From a virus (lineage: Duplodnaviria > Caudoviricetes), in IMG/VR virus record IMGVR_UViG_3300045391_005708, positions 1-64,000 of that record: DNA of 64,000 nucleotides. One strand, given 5' to 3'. The notes under the pieces are model-generated. The model was not told where the DNA came from. It worked only from the letters and a program-made list of their open reading frames with translations, and ran no database searches. Below, piece by piece: positions 27,801-36,914 of this stretch. The position numbers were made by a program, and so were the translations under genes. Positions within the stretch are counted from its first letter, which is position 1; every line of letters begins with the position of its first letter.

Positions 27801-30455
27801 TCACCCCACCAGGCTGTCGTAGGCTTCGATGCGCTCGTCCAGGTACGCGTCGAACTCGCGGCTGCCGACGCGCAGGACGAGCCGCCTCGGGCCGCGCTGC
27901 GTCTCGCGCGGCCGGTCGGCCGCCCTGGTCTTGCTGGCGTTGTCGACCCGGCTGTCGCGCGGCAGGTAGACCGTCTCGGGGCCGTGCTCCCCGACGCGGG
28001 CCACGCCGTCCCAGGGCATCTTGCCGCCGGTCGCGAACCCGGGGATCGTGAAGCCGACGTGCTTGCCGAGGACGGAGAACGAGAAGTCGCGCGGCAGGCC
28101 GATGATGTTGTTGATCGCGCTCTTGAGTTGGGCGGCGAGGTCGCCGAGGCCGTGGCCCAGCGCCCGCACGCCCTCCTTGATGCCCTCCACGATCTTCCTG
28201 CCGAGGGTCTTCCCTACGTTGAGGAAGCGTCCCCCCAGTTGCAGGAGGTTGCCGATGAGGTTGGTCACCAGGGTCGCCACCTCGCGGGCGCCCCCGCGCA
28301 CCGCGCCCACGATCGCCTTCCAGGCCCCCCTCACGGTCTTGACCACCCCGCCGAACACGCGGCTGAAGACCGCGCGGGCGGCCTGCAGTTCGGTGCCGAT
28401 GACGCTCTTGATGAACCTCGCCCCGGCGCCGACCACGGCGCGGATGACCCGGATCGCCACCTGCACGACCTTCATGCTGGCCTTGAAGGATACCTCGAAC
28501 ACCTTCCGGTAGACGGCGAGGTACTTCTCGACCACCTTGGCGACGACCGTGAGGACGGGGCGGATGAAGGGCTCCAACTTGGAGAACACGAACTTGACGG
28601 CCTTCCAGATGCCGCCCGTCACCTTCTCCGCGAGCCTCAGCATGGGGCCGAACCACTTGCTGAACGCCTTGCCCGCCACCTCGCTGCCGCCGGAGATCGC
28701 CTTGCCGACCAACTTCATGGTCGGGCCGACGAACTTGCCGATCGTCTCGAAGACGGGGATCAACTTCTGGCTGATGTACTCGGCCAGCCTGACGATGGGG
28801 GCGAGGAACTTCCCCACGAACGGGATCGCCTTGACGATCGCCCCGCCCCAGTTGGTGAAGGCGAGGATCATGAACGCGATGATCGGGGCGAACTTCTTGA
28901 GGACCGGGCCGAGGACGTTCGAGATGACGGCCACGACCGGCGTGATCACCTGGGCGATGGTCCCGAGCATGGAGATCGACTGGGTGATGATCTGCCCGAC
29001 GACGGCGAGGACGCCGCCGAGCAGGGGCTTGAGGGCCGTGAACAGCGCGGCGAACTTGGGTCCGTTCTCGGAGAAGGACTTGCCGATGTCCTTCAGCACC
29101 GGGGCGAGGGCGTCCTGGAAGACGTGGACGAGGCTGACGACGATCGGGGCGATGCCCTCGAAGACCGACAGGTAGCCGCTGGCGATGTTCGGGTTGAACA
29201 GGGGCAGCAGGACCTTGCCGATCTTGCCGAGGTCGCGGGCCAGTTGCCCGCTGACCTTGATGCCCTTCTTGGCCCACTCCGCGATCGCGTTCTTGGTCGA
29301 CGCCTTGCCGGTGAAGTCCGCGAGGCGCCCGGTCAGCCGGTCGAAGACCTTCAGCAGGGCGTCGCCGGGCTTGGTCGCGGCGCCGAAGACGTTGTGCAGC
29401 ACCTTGCCGAGGTTTACGACGATGTGCGCCAGGTGGGTCGCGCTCTTGAACGCCCGGTCCATGAACGCCTGGATGCCCTTCTGCCCCTTGGCGGAGGAGG
29501 CCCAGCGGCTGAAGTTCTTGGCGAGGTTGACGATCGTGCCGGACAGCCTGTTGCCCGCGGGCTGCAGGGCGTGGAGCAGGTGGAGGACCCCGTTCAGGGC
29601 GGGCACCGCGGCCTTGCTGAGCGTGCCGAGGATGCGGTTGTTGCCCTTCATGTCGGCGTTCAGGACCTTGAGGAACCGGCTGCTCTGCCCGTACCGGAGC
29701 ACGCTCTTGAACAGGTCGTTGAACACGCGGCCGGTCCCGGCCAGGCGGGCCTGGAGCACCGGCAGGACCTTGTGCGCGGTGTCGGTGATGTCCCTGTTGA
29801 GGCCCCGGAAGACGGCCTGCTGGAGGGCTCCCTTGACCTTGTTCCACGAGCCGCCGAGGGCCGTGACGGCCTTGGCCGCCGCCCGCGCGTTGGGGGAGAG
29901 GGACGCGAGGGCCTTCTCGTCCCCGCCGACCGCCTTGGTGAAGCCTGAGAAGGCCAACTTCCCGACCAGGAGCGCGCTCTTGACCGACAGCAGGACGGGG
30001 GCGAAGGCGGCCCAGACCCCGGACGCCTGCGCGACCGCCCCGGTCAGCGCCGTGGCCGCCCCCGCGAGGGCCGAGAGCCCGCTCGTGATGAACGGGATCG
30101 CGGCGCCGATCGCGGGCAACTTGAGGCCGGACAGGCCGCCGAAGGACTCCCTGATCGACTTGCCCACGTCGCCGAACGACGTGCTGCTCATCTTCTTGCG
30201 GAAGTTGCCGATGAAGCCGCTGGCCGCCCTGGTCCCCTCGGCCTTGAAGGCGGAGAGGAACGAGTCGCCCCTGCCGATCCGCTTGCGGAAGCCCTTGACG
30301 AACCCGCCCCCGGCCTTGTCGCCGGACCTGTCGCCCAGGCGCTCGGACTCCTTCTCCGCCTTGGGCGACGCGCCCTTGATCGCCTCCGTCGTCTCCGGCT
30401 CGATGTTGTCGCCGTTGACGTGGAGGTCGACGTAGGCGTCGGCGATGCTAGGCAC
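27801..30455 (-). CDS. Tape measure protein
   Basis: 884 aa; IADAYVDL start; amphipathic Ala/Gly/Lys helical repeats; follows the tail chaperones. Confidence 0.9.
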   Translation of the reverse strand: MPSIADAYVDLHVNGDNIEPETTEAIKGASPKAEKESERLGDRSGDKAGGGFVKGFRKRIGRGDSFLSAFKAEGTRAASGFIGNFRKKMSSTSFGDVGKSIRESFGGLSGLKLPAIGAAIPFITSGLSALAGAATALTGAVAQASGVWAAFAPVLLSVKSALLVGKLAFSGFTKAVGGDEKALASLSPNARAAAKAVTALGGSWNKVKGALQQAVFRGLNRDITDTAHKVLPVLQARLAGTGRVFNDLFKSVLRYGQSSRFLKVLNADMKGNNRILGTLSKAAVPALNGVLHLLHALQPAGNRLSGTIVNLAKNFSRWASSAKGQKGIQAFMDRAFKSATHLAHIVVNLGKVLHNVFGAATKPGDALLKVFDRLTGRLADFTGKASTKNAIAEWAKKGIKVSGQLARDLGKIGKVLLPLFNPNIASGYLSVFEGIAPIVVSLVHVFQDALAPVLKDIGKSFSENGPKFAALFTALKPLLGGVLAVVGQIITQSISMLGTIAQVITPVVAVISNVLGPVLKKFAPIIAFMILAFTNWGGAIVKAIPFVGKFLAPIVRLAEYISQKLIPVFETIGKFVGPTMKLVGKAISGGSEVAGKAFSKWFGPMLRLAEKVTGGIWKAVKFVFSKLEPFIRPVLTVVAKVVEKYLAVYRKVFEVSFKASMKVVQVAIRVIRAVVGAGARFIKSVIGTELQAARAVFSRVFGGVVKTVRGAWKAIVGAVRGGAREVATLVTNLIGNLLQLGGRFLNVGKTLGRKIVEGIKEGVRALGHGLGDLAAQLKSAINNIIGLPRDFSFSVLGKHVGFTIPGFATGGKMPWDGVARVGEHGPETVYLPRDSRVDNASKTRAADRPRETQRGPRRLVLRVGSREFDAYLDERIEAYDSLVG

Positions 30456-30776
30456 CGGGCACCGCCGCGTCGCCCTTCAACTGCGCCGCGAACAGCGCGA
30501 GGGACCTCTCCTCGTTGTCCTTGGACCACGGGCTGTCGGGCCGCGCCGCCTGCCGGAGCCTCTTGCCGGGGCGGGAGTCGGGCAGGTTCAACTTGGTGTC
30601 GAACTTGCGCCGGTCCTTGTCCTCCGCGTTCTCCGTGGCCCAGAAGTACAGCAGGTTGAGGAAGCGGTCGATGGGGAGCCTCATCGGGTCCACTCCTCTC
30701 GCCGCGGCCCAGCCGTCATAGTCGGTCCAGTTGTTCCTAGCGAGCGAGACTAGCCTGCTCGCTACGTGGTAGGGCG
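30448..30776 (-). CDS. Tail assembly chaperone, frameshifted C-terminal part
   Basis: Frame open back to about 30780: PYHVASRLVSLARNNWTDYDGWAAARGVDPMRLPIDRFLNLLYFW; lies in the -1 frame relative to the upstream chaperone. Confidence 0.7.
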
Positions 30777-31073
30777 TCCGCTGACTTCCTCCACGATCCC
30801 CTCTACGATGTCCTCCAGGTCCTCGAAGTCCAGGTCGTCCTCGTCGTCCCTGAGGCGGGCGAGCAGGTGCTCACGGTCCTCCTCGGACAGGCCCTCGTCC
30901 AGCCACCCGAAGAACGCCTTGGCGGCGTCGAGGTCGTTGTCGCTGTCCAGCATGGGGACGACCATCTTGGCCGTCTTCGGGGGCTTGAACTCGTACGTGT
31001 GCTTGTCGCCCTCGATGTCGAACGACACCGGGGAGCGGTCGCGCTTGCGCGCCTTGAAGGAGAGGTCAGACAC
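30762..31073 (-). CDS. Tail assembly chaperone
   Basis: Acidic 103-aa protein ending EEVSGRPTT*, upstream of the TMP. Confidence 0.8.
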   Translation of the reverse strand: MSDLSFKARKRDRSPVSFDIEGDKHTYEFKPPKTAKMVVPMLDSDNDLDAAKAFFGWLDEGLSEEDREHLLARLRDDEDDLDFEDLEDIVEGIVEEVSGRPTT

Positions 31074-31242
31074 CTGCGCCCTCGCTCTCGCGCTGGGCGG
31101 CCGCCCAGCCCTCGTCCGGCATCGGCGCCGGTGTCGGCTCGGGGGACCCCACGCCGTCCTGGAAGAACCCCCTCGCCTGCTGTTGCTCGACCGTCTCCGC
31201 GGGCCGCTGCCGCGCGGTGTTGGACCCACCACAGTTGCACAT
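31066..31242 (-). CDS. Small MCNCGG-start protein (58 aa)
   Basis: ATG TGC AAC TGT GGT GGG; AGAAGGAGG RBS; GGTAGAAT -10 at 31268-31275. Confidence 0.65.
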   Translation of the reverse strand: MCNCGGSNTARQRPAETVEQQQARGFFQDGVGSPEPTPAPMPDEGWAAAQRESEGAGV

Positions 31243-31278
31243 GGCAACCTCCTTCTCGTCGCGCTCGATTCTACCGTC

Positions 31279-31683
31279 TCAGGGCAGGAAGTCGGCGGCC
31301 GTGACCTCCGCTATCGCGTTGCCGAGGAAGTGCACGGCGGGCACCCCGCGCGTGCTGTAGGTCGCGACCCAGCGGCCACCCTTGGTCCTGAAGACCAGGA
31401 GCGGGGCGCGCCGGGCGTAGATCGGGCCGGTGCCGAGTTCCTGGTAGATCGCGTAGAACACCTTCGAGCCGATCCTGAACACGAGCCGGTAGGGCCCGTC
31501 CGCGGTCTGCTCCTCGCTGACGACGCTGTTCCGCATGAGGCCCTTGTCGACGGTCGCGCCCTTCTTGGCCCGGTCGCGCACGCGCCCGGCGGCCCGCGCC
31601 GACGCCCGGTGGATCTGCCCCTCGGGGGCCATCATCCTCGCCAGTTCGGCCCGGTGGAAGACGACGCGCCTGATCCCGGGCAC
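31279..31683 (-). CDS. HK97 gp10-like tail completion protein
   Basis: RVRDRAK...VDKG.MRNS, GS.V.YA.YQELGT, V.G.....FL. Confidence 0.75.
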   Translation of the reverse strand: MPGIRRVVFHRAELARMMAPEGQIHRASARAAGRVRDRAKKGATVDKGLMRNSVVSEEQTADGPYRLVFRIGSKVFYAIYQELGTGPIYARRAPLLVFRTKGGRWVATYSTRGVPAVHFLGNAIAEVTAADFLP

Positions 31684-31686
31684 GGC

Positions 31687-32169
31687 TCAGGCCAGCATCA
31701 GGACGTTGCCGCTGAACGTCCACTCGAAGCCCGCGCAGCCGCCCTCCGGCCCCTGCGGGGCGCCCTGCTCCAGGCGGAGCGAGCGGCTGAAGAAGTGCGT
31801 CCCGTCCCACCCGTGCGCCACGAGGGCGTCGAAGGCGGCCTGGGCGTCGCCCGTGATCTGGAGCGTGTCGGAGGTCTGCTCCTCGGCGGTCGGCGGGTCG
31901 CCGTCCCCCTCCAGCACGTGCACACACTTGACCCACCCCACGGCCGCCCGGATCTGGACGTGGGTGAGGCAGGGCACCTTGTCCTTGCTGTACTTGGGGA
32001 CCAGGCTCACCAGGCGCGCCCAGAGGGTGCCGCCGCTCTCGCAGCAGTTGTCCCAGACGGCCGTGTTGCCGGGCTGGAGGCTGACCTGCCCGGCCCCGGG
32101 GTCGATGCCCACGGCCGGGGCGACGGCGGCCAGCGCGGACTGGAGGACGGGCCCCACCCGGTCAGCCAC
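31687..32169 (-). CDS. Tail terminator-like protein
   Basis: Position; WDNCCE.G.LWARL, GPEGGCAG.EW. Confidence 0.6.
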   Translation of the reverse strand: MADRVGPVLQSALAAVAPAVGIDPGAGQVSLQPGNTAVWDNCCESGGTLWARLVSLVPKYSKDKVPCLTHVQIRAAVGWVKCVHVLEGDGDPPTAEEQTSDTLQITGDAQAAFDALVAHGWDGTHFFSRSLRLEQGAPQGPEGGCAGFEWTFSGNVLMLA

Positions 32170-33247
32170 GGGGGACCCTCGTGGTGCGGAGGTCCGGGCT
32201 GGCGACGCTGAAGCCGATGTCGGGCTTGTTGACGCTGGCCACCCAGGCGTCCACGACCCAGACCCCGGTCTTGCCCTTGTCGAGGTCGTCGAAGGTGTCG
32301 AGCATCATGGAGATCGACACGCCAGCCCTGGTGACGGACTGCACGCGGGTCGGCAGTTCGCAGCCCTTGGAACCGGTGAACGCCTTGGCGAGTTCGAGAG
32401 CCAACTTCCCGGCGGCGAGTTGCCCGCCCGCGGGCACGGGGTCGCCGACGCGGATGGTCACGCCCCACGTCCCGGCCGCGCCCAGGCGCTTGCTCATGTC
32501 CTGGCACGTCGGCCAGGTGCCGCCGTCCGTGCGGGTGAGGTACCGGGAGTTGAACAGTTGGTAGGCGGAGGGGTCGAGGACCACCCCGTCGACCTGGACC
32601 TCCGCGACCTCCCACACGGGCTTCTCGAACGCGAGCGACTGGTTGGCCTCGCACCCGCACTGGTCGCCGCAGCCCCCGCCGCAGCCGATGTTGAACCACT
32701 GGCCCCTCACCAGGGCCGGGTAGAACGGGCGGCCGACCGGCCAGGGCGGCGAGCCCGAGGTGCCGTAGTAGGTGCTCACCCAGCCCGTGCAGTCCTGGCG
32801 GCACGGGCGGATCGTGGCCTCGCACAGGCCGAAGCGGCGCCCGGTCCAGCGCCACAGCAACTCCGCCGCCATGTCCTCGTATACGGCCATGCCGGACGGG
32901 GCGACCGGGAACTCGGCGTCCTCGGGGTAGACCACGGGCCACTCGCACGCGGAGAGCGCGCCGGAGGGCTCCTCGTCCCGGATCACCAGTTCGAGGAACG
33001 CGTCCTCCTGGCGGCCCTGGTCGGTCGTCACGTGGTTGGTGACGGTGTAGGTCCTGGAGTCGGTGCCGCCGCCGAGGAAGACGGTGACCACGGTGTCCGT
33101 GCTGGACTGCGACGTGACGGCGAGGGTGCCGTCGTCCGGGGCGACCGCGACCGTGAAGGACGTGATCTTCTCGCCCGGCTGGAGGAAGCCCGCCGCCCAG
33201 TCGAACTTGTAGTCGAGGACCGCCTGCGGGTCCTTGCTCATCTTCAT
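32162..33247 (-). CDS. Head-to-tail adaptor fused to an N-terminal fibre-adaptor (KDP..LDY.FDW) domain
   Basis: First ~90 aa: KDPQAVLDYKFDW...YTVTNHVTT.QGR; remainder: A.ELLW.WTGRRFG.C...RPC...LP.RV.SVTR.GVS. Confidence 0.75.
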   Translation of the reverse strand: MKMSKDPQAVLDYKFDWAAGFLQPGEKITSFTVAVAPDDGTLAVTSQSSTDTVVTVFLGGGTDSRTYTVTNHVTTDQGRQEDAFLELVIRDEEPSGALSACEWPVVYPEDAEFPVAPSGMAVYEDMAAELLWRWTGRRFGLCEATIRPCRQDCTGWVSTYYGTSGSPPWPVGRPFYPALVRGQWFNIGCGGGCGDQCGCEANQSLAFEKPVWEVAEVQVDGVVLDPSAYQLFNSRYLTRTDGGTWPTCQDMSKRLGAAGTWGVTIRVGDPVPAGGQLAAGKLALELAKAFTGSKGCELPTRVQSVTRAGVSISMMLDTFDDLDKGKTGVWVVDAWVASVNKPDIGFSVASPDLRTTRVPRG

Positions 33248-33255
33248 GGCGCTTC

Positions 33256-34776
33256 CTATTCTACCGGCACGGCGCGGTCGTCGCGGCCCACGCGGACCGT
33301 CCTGTCGGCCCCCAGGACGGCCACCAGGCGGGCCGCGGCGGGCTCGGTGGACCCCGGGGCCACGGTCCTGTCGTCCGGCCCCACGCGGACCACCCTGGGG
33401 CCGACCAGGGGCGTCACCACGCGGCCCGGCGGGGTGACCGGGGCCACGGTCCCGGCGGTGTCCAGGGCGGGGGCGCTGTCGGCCTGGTGGCGCGTCAGGG
33501 CCAGCAGGCGGGCCAGCAGGTCGGTCCCCCCGGCCGCGTCCACCTGCGCCCTGGCCCGGGCGGCCGCCCAGGCGGCCGAGTCCGCGGCGGGCGCGGCGTC
33601 GCCGGACGCCCGCGACCGGCCGACCGCCCTGGCCCCGGAGTCGGCCGCGGGGGCGCTCTCCGCGGCCGACCTGGCCCTGGCCGTGCCCCGGGCCTGGCCG
33701 TCCGCCGCTGGGGCGCCGTCGGCCGTGCCCCGGGCCTTGGCCGCCTGCCTGGCGGTGGAGTCGCTGGCCGGGGCGCTGTCGGACGTGCTCCGGGAGAGCA
33801 CGTGCCCCGTGCTGGACGCGTCGCTGTCCGCCGCGGGGGCGCTGTCGGAGGCGGACCTGGCGAGGGACTGCGCGCCCCTGGCGGCCACGTCGGACGCGGG
33901 GGCGCTGTCGGACAGGGGCCGCGGGTGGGCGGCGCTCCGGGCGGAGGCGTCCGCGCCGCCGGACGCGTCGCTCCCCAGGCGGCCGAGGCCCTTGACCCAG
34001 GTGGGCGAGGTCTCGGTGGCGGGCGCGCTGTCGGACTGCGCGCGGGCCTTGGCGGCCTGCCTGGCGGGGGAGTCCGCCGCCGGGGCGGACTCGGACGTGC
34101 TCCTGGCGAGCGGCTGGGCGGCCCTGGCCGTCGCGTCGAACGCGGGGGCGCCGTCGGACTGCAGCCTGCCTTGGCCCTTGAGGTACGCGTTCGAGTCCGC
34201 CGCCGGGGCGCTCTCGCTCCCCGGCCTCGGGTGGCCCGCGGCCCGGGCGTCGGCGTCGGACGCCGGGGCGCTGTCGGCCGCCGACCTGGACCGGCTGCCC
34301 GCGGCCGCGGTGCCGTCGGCCGCCGGGGCGCTGTCGGAGGCCGACCTGGCGAGGGCCTGCGCGGCCCGCGCGGTCGCGTCGGAGGCCGGGGCGCTGTCGG
34401 ACTGCGACCGCCCGACGCCCCGCTGGTACGCGAGGGCGTCGGAGGCGGGCGCGCTGTCCGACCCCGCCCGTGGGTGCCCGGCCGCCCTGGCCTGGCTGTC
34501 GGACGCGGGCGCGCTGTCGGACTGGCTTCTGGCGAGGGGCTGGGCGGCCCGCGCCGTCGCGTCGGAGGCGGGCGCGCTGTCGCCCTCCGCCCTCGGGTGC
34601 CCGGCCGCGCGGGCGTCGGCGTCGGAGGCCGGGGCGCCGTCGGAGGTCGCTCTGGCGAGGGCCTGGGCCAGCCTGGCCACGGCGTCCGAGGCCCCCGCCG
34701 AGTCGGACGTGCCCCTGGACAGGCTGGTCCCTCCCGCGACGCGCGGCGGGTTCCCGGCGGAGTAGAGGTACGACAT
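33256..34776 (-). CDS. Repetitive Ala/Ser fibre-like virion protein
   Basis: About 21 copies of an SDSAPASD-type core at a 20-21 aa period; C-terminal VxV...DRTV motifs. Confidence 0.7.
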   Translation of the reverse strand: MSYLYSAGNPPRVAGGTSLSRGTSDSAGASDAVARLAQALARATSDGAPASDADARAAGHPRAEGDSAPASDATARAAQPLARSQSDSAPASDSQARAAGHPRAGSDSAPASDALAYQRGVGRSQSDSAPASDATARAAQALARSASDSAPAADGTAAAGSRSRSAADSAPASDADARAAGHPRPGSESAPAADSNAYLKGQGRLQSDGAPAFDATARAAQPLARSTSESAPAADSPARQAAKARAQSDSAPATETSPTWVKGLGRLGSDASGGADASARSAAHPRPLSDSAPASDVAARGAQSLARSASDSAPAADSDASSTGHVLSRSTSDSAPASDSTARQAAKARGTADGAPAADGQARGTARARSAAESAPAADSGARAVGRSRASGDAAPAADSAAWAAARARAQVDAAGGTDLLARLLALTRHQADSAPALDTAGTVAPVTPPGRVVTPLVGPRVVRVGPDDRTVAPGSTEPAAARLVAVLGADRTVRVGRDDRAVPVE

Positions 34777-34782
34777 CGGCCT

Positions 34783-35115
34783 TTAGTCCAGGCTCTGGAC
34801 GGCCCAGTCGAGGTTCCGCGTCGACCCGGCGGTCTGCTTGATCTGGAACTGCACCCCCTGGGCCGACGCGATCGGGATGCTCAGGAAGTACGGGTCGGAC
34901 TGCGGCCCCGCGAACGTGAGGCTGTAGACGTTCTTGAACGAGGAGGTCGAGAGCACCTTGCTCTGGAGGAACACGTCGAGCACGTCGCCCGCCGCCAGGT
35001 TGGTCAGGTCGAGGTAGAGGACGTACGTCTTCCCGGTCGCCGTCGGGGTGGCGAGGGTGTGGGTGGTCCCGACCGTGGTGGTCTGCGTGCCGGAGTTGGT
35101 CTGGGCTACGGTCAT
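34783..35115 (-). CDS. Small beta-rich virion protein
   Basis: 110 aa, Thr-rich, within the structural operon. Confidence 0.65.
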   Translation of the reverse strand: MTVAQTNSGTQTTTVGTTHTLATPTATGKTYVLYLDLTNLAAGDVLDVFLQSKVLSTSSFKNVYSLTFAGPQSDPYFLSIPIASAQGVQFQIKQTAGSTRNLDWAVQSLD

Positions 35116-35125
35116 CCTGGGCTCC

Positions 35126-35926
35126 TCATGCGAAGGCGTACGCGGCGACCTGCGGGACGGACGCAGCGGCGGTGGAGGTCGAGTCGAACCGGGCCGCGAT
35201 CCTGGTCCCGGCGGGGAGGTTGCAGGGCACGGGGAACATGCACGGGTTGATGTTCTCCGTGCCCAACTGCTCCCACCGGGCGTTCGCGACGAGGGGCTGC
35301 TCCTGGCCCGACGGGCCGTAGCCGATGTCGACCCCGCCCTTCGCGGCGGCGATGTTGGAGCCGAGGGTCCCCATCGCCCAGCAGATGACCGAGGTGTCCC
35401 TCGTCAGCCCGGCGGACAACTGCACCCACCCGGTCTTGGTCCCGGCCACGGAGGGCGTCGGCAGGGTCGTGCCGCCCGAGGTCGCGGTGCTCACGCCCAG
35501 GGCCTCGCACCACTGGCAGGCGTCGGCCTGGACCGCGCACGGCAGGAGGTTCACCTTGACGGGGAACGCCTTCGAGGCGACCGCCGACTGGATGCGGACC
35601 GCCACCCGGCTCCCGGCCGGGACGAACATCGGGCACATGAACATGCTGCCGTGCTGCCAGGCGCCCATCACGATGTTCGGGACGACCACCTGCTCCGCCC
35701 CGGCCGCCCCGACCCCCACGTCCATGAGGGTGCCGGTGTTGGTGGCCGAGACGAACACGTCGTCGGGCTGCACGACCAGCCACCCGGAGTCGGTCACCGT
35801 CGAGGCGAACACCTGCGACCAGGCGCCCTTGGTGTTGGCCGCGGCGTTCGCGGTGACCGTGACCGACCCCGTGGTCACCGAGTCCCCCGCCAGGTTGGCG
35901 CCGCGCTGGACGTTCTGGATCGGCAC
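35126..35926 (-). CDS. Virion protein with two internal ~130-aa repeats
   Basis: ANTKGAWSQV / AGTKTGWVQL and GVGAAGAEQVVV / GYGPSGQEQPLV duplicated. Confidence 0.65.
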   Translation of the reverse strand: MPIQNVQRGANLAGDSVTTGSVTVTANAAANTKGAWSQVFASTVTDSGWLVVQPDDVFVSATNTGTLMDVGVGAAGAEQVVVPNIVMGAWQHGSMFMCPMFVPAGSRVAVRIQSAVASKAFPVKVNLLPCAVQADACQWCEALGVSTATSGGTTLPTPSVAGTKTGWVQLSAGLTRDTSVICWAMGTLGSNIAAAKGGVDIGYGPSGQEQPLVANARWEQLGTENINPCMFPVPCNLPAGTRIAARFDSTSTAAASVPQVAAYAFA

Positions 35927-35939
35927 GGCGGGTCCCTCC

Positions 35940-36914
35940 TCAGTTGGCTACGGTGAAGGGTACCACCTGGACGGAGGAGTGCGTGGACAGGTTGTTGGTG
36001 CCGCCCTCGGGCTTGGTCCCGCAGTTGTTCCCCGCCGTCCCGTCGCACGGCGAGTCGGACCGGAGGAACAACTTGTGCGGGCCGTTGGACAGGGTGGTGG
36101 TGTCGATGGTGACCGTGCCCTTGTACGGCCCCGCCCGGTCGAGCAGCACCGTCCCCTGGTCGACCGGGACCGCGTGGAAGTGCGGGTCGAGGGAGGCGAA
36201 GACGCGCGTCACGTCCGTGCCGCCCGCCCCGGGGTGGAGGTTCACGGTCGGCGTCCACACGCCGGAGACGGTGGCCGGGAGCGGCGACAGGAACTCGGCC
36301 TCCTCGTACAGCGACCCCTGGTACCACGACGACCCGGCTATCCGCAGCGGGCTGATCGCGTTCTTGACCGGGCGCCCGCCGCCGTTGGCGAGTTGCAGCG
36401 GCCACGCCGCGCCCGCGAACTGCTTGGTGCCGCCGTCGCCGGGGTGGGTGACGATCGCGGCGGGCCGGTAGTTCACGAACCCGTCCGTGGTGGAGACGGT
36501 GGTGTTCAGGTCGACCGGGATCGTCCACGTGCACTGGTCCGGGCTGGCCGGGCAGTGCTGGGCGGCGGTCTGGCCGACCTTGACCGAGACGACCTGGTGG
36601 TTCTGGCCGTTGCCGTCGAGGAGGTGGATCCGGACGTTCTGGAGCAGGCCGGGGTTCTCGTGGAGTTGGACCACGAAGTCGAAGTGGACCGTCCCGCCCA
36701 CCGGCTGGCCGAGCGGGAAGCAGATGCCCATGTGGACGTGGCCGAAGTCCTCGGTGCCGGAGACGGTGGGGCGCCACCAGTCCTGCGCCTCCAGGAACAC
36801 GCGCGGCTGGGCGTAGCCCGCGCACGTGAGAGGGTCCGGGGCCGCCTGGGCCGGGACCGGGATCGCGAGGACCCCGGCCAGCAGGGCGAGGGCGGCGAGG
36901 GCGCGCCGGTTCAC
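35940..36914 (-). CDS. Signal-peptide-bearing protein inside the structural operon
   Basis: VNRRALAALALLAGVLAIPVPAQA signal peptide; beta-sandwich/Ig-like body; GTGA overlap. Confidence 0.7.
   Translation of the reverse strand: MNRRALAALALLAGVLAIPVPAQAAPDPLTCAGYAQPRVFLEAQDWWRPTVSGTEDFGHVHMGICFPLGQPVGGTVHFDFVVQLHENPGLLQNVRIHLLDGNGQNHQVVSVKVGQTAAQHCPASPDQCTWTIPVDLNTTVSTTDGFVNYRPAAIVTHPGDGGTKQFAGAAWPLQLANGGGRPVKNAISPLRIAGSSWYQGSLYEEAEFLSPLPATVSGVWTPTVNLHPGAGGTDVTRVFASLDPHFHAVPVDQGTVLLDRAGPYKGTVTIDTTTLSNGPHKLFLRSDSPCDGTAGNNCGTKPEGGTNNLSTHSSVQVVPFTVAN

Noticed and set aside
33490-34720. Regular ~60-bp DNA repeats resembling a CRISPR array
   Set aside because: Degenerate, in-frame coding repeats (SDSAPASD) of a fibre-like protein; no constant repeat with unique spacers.
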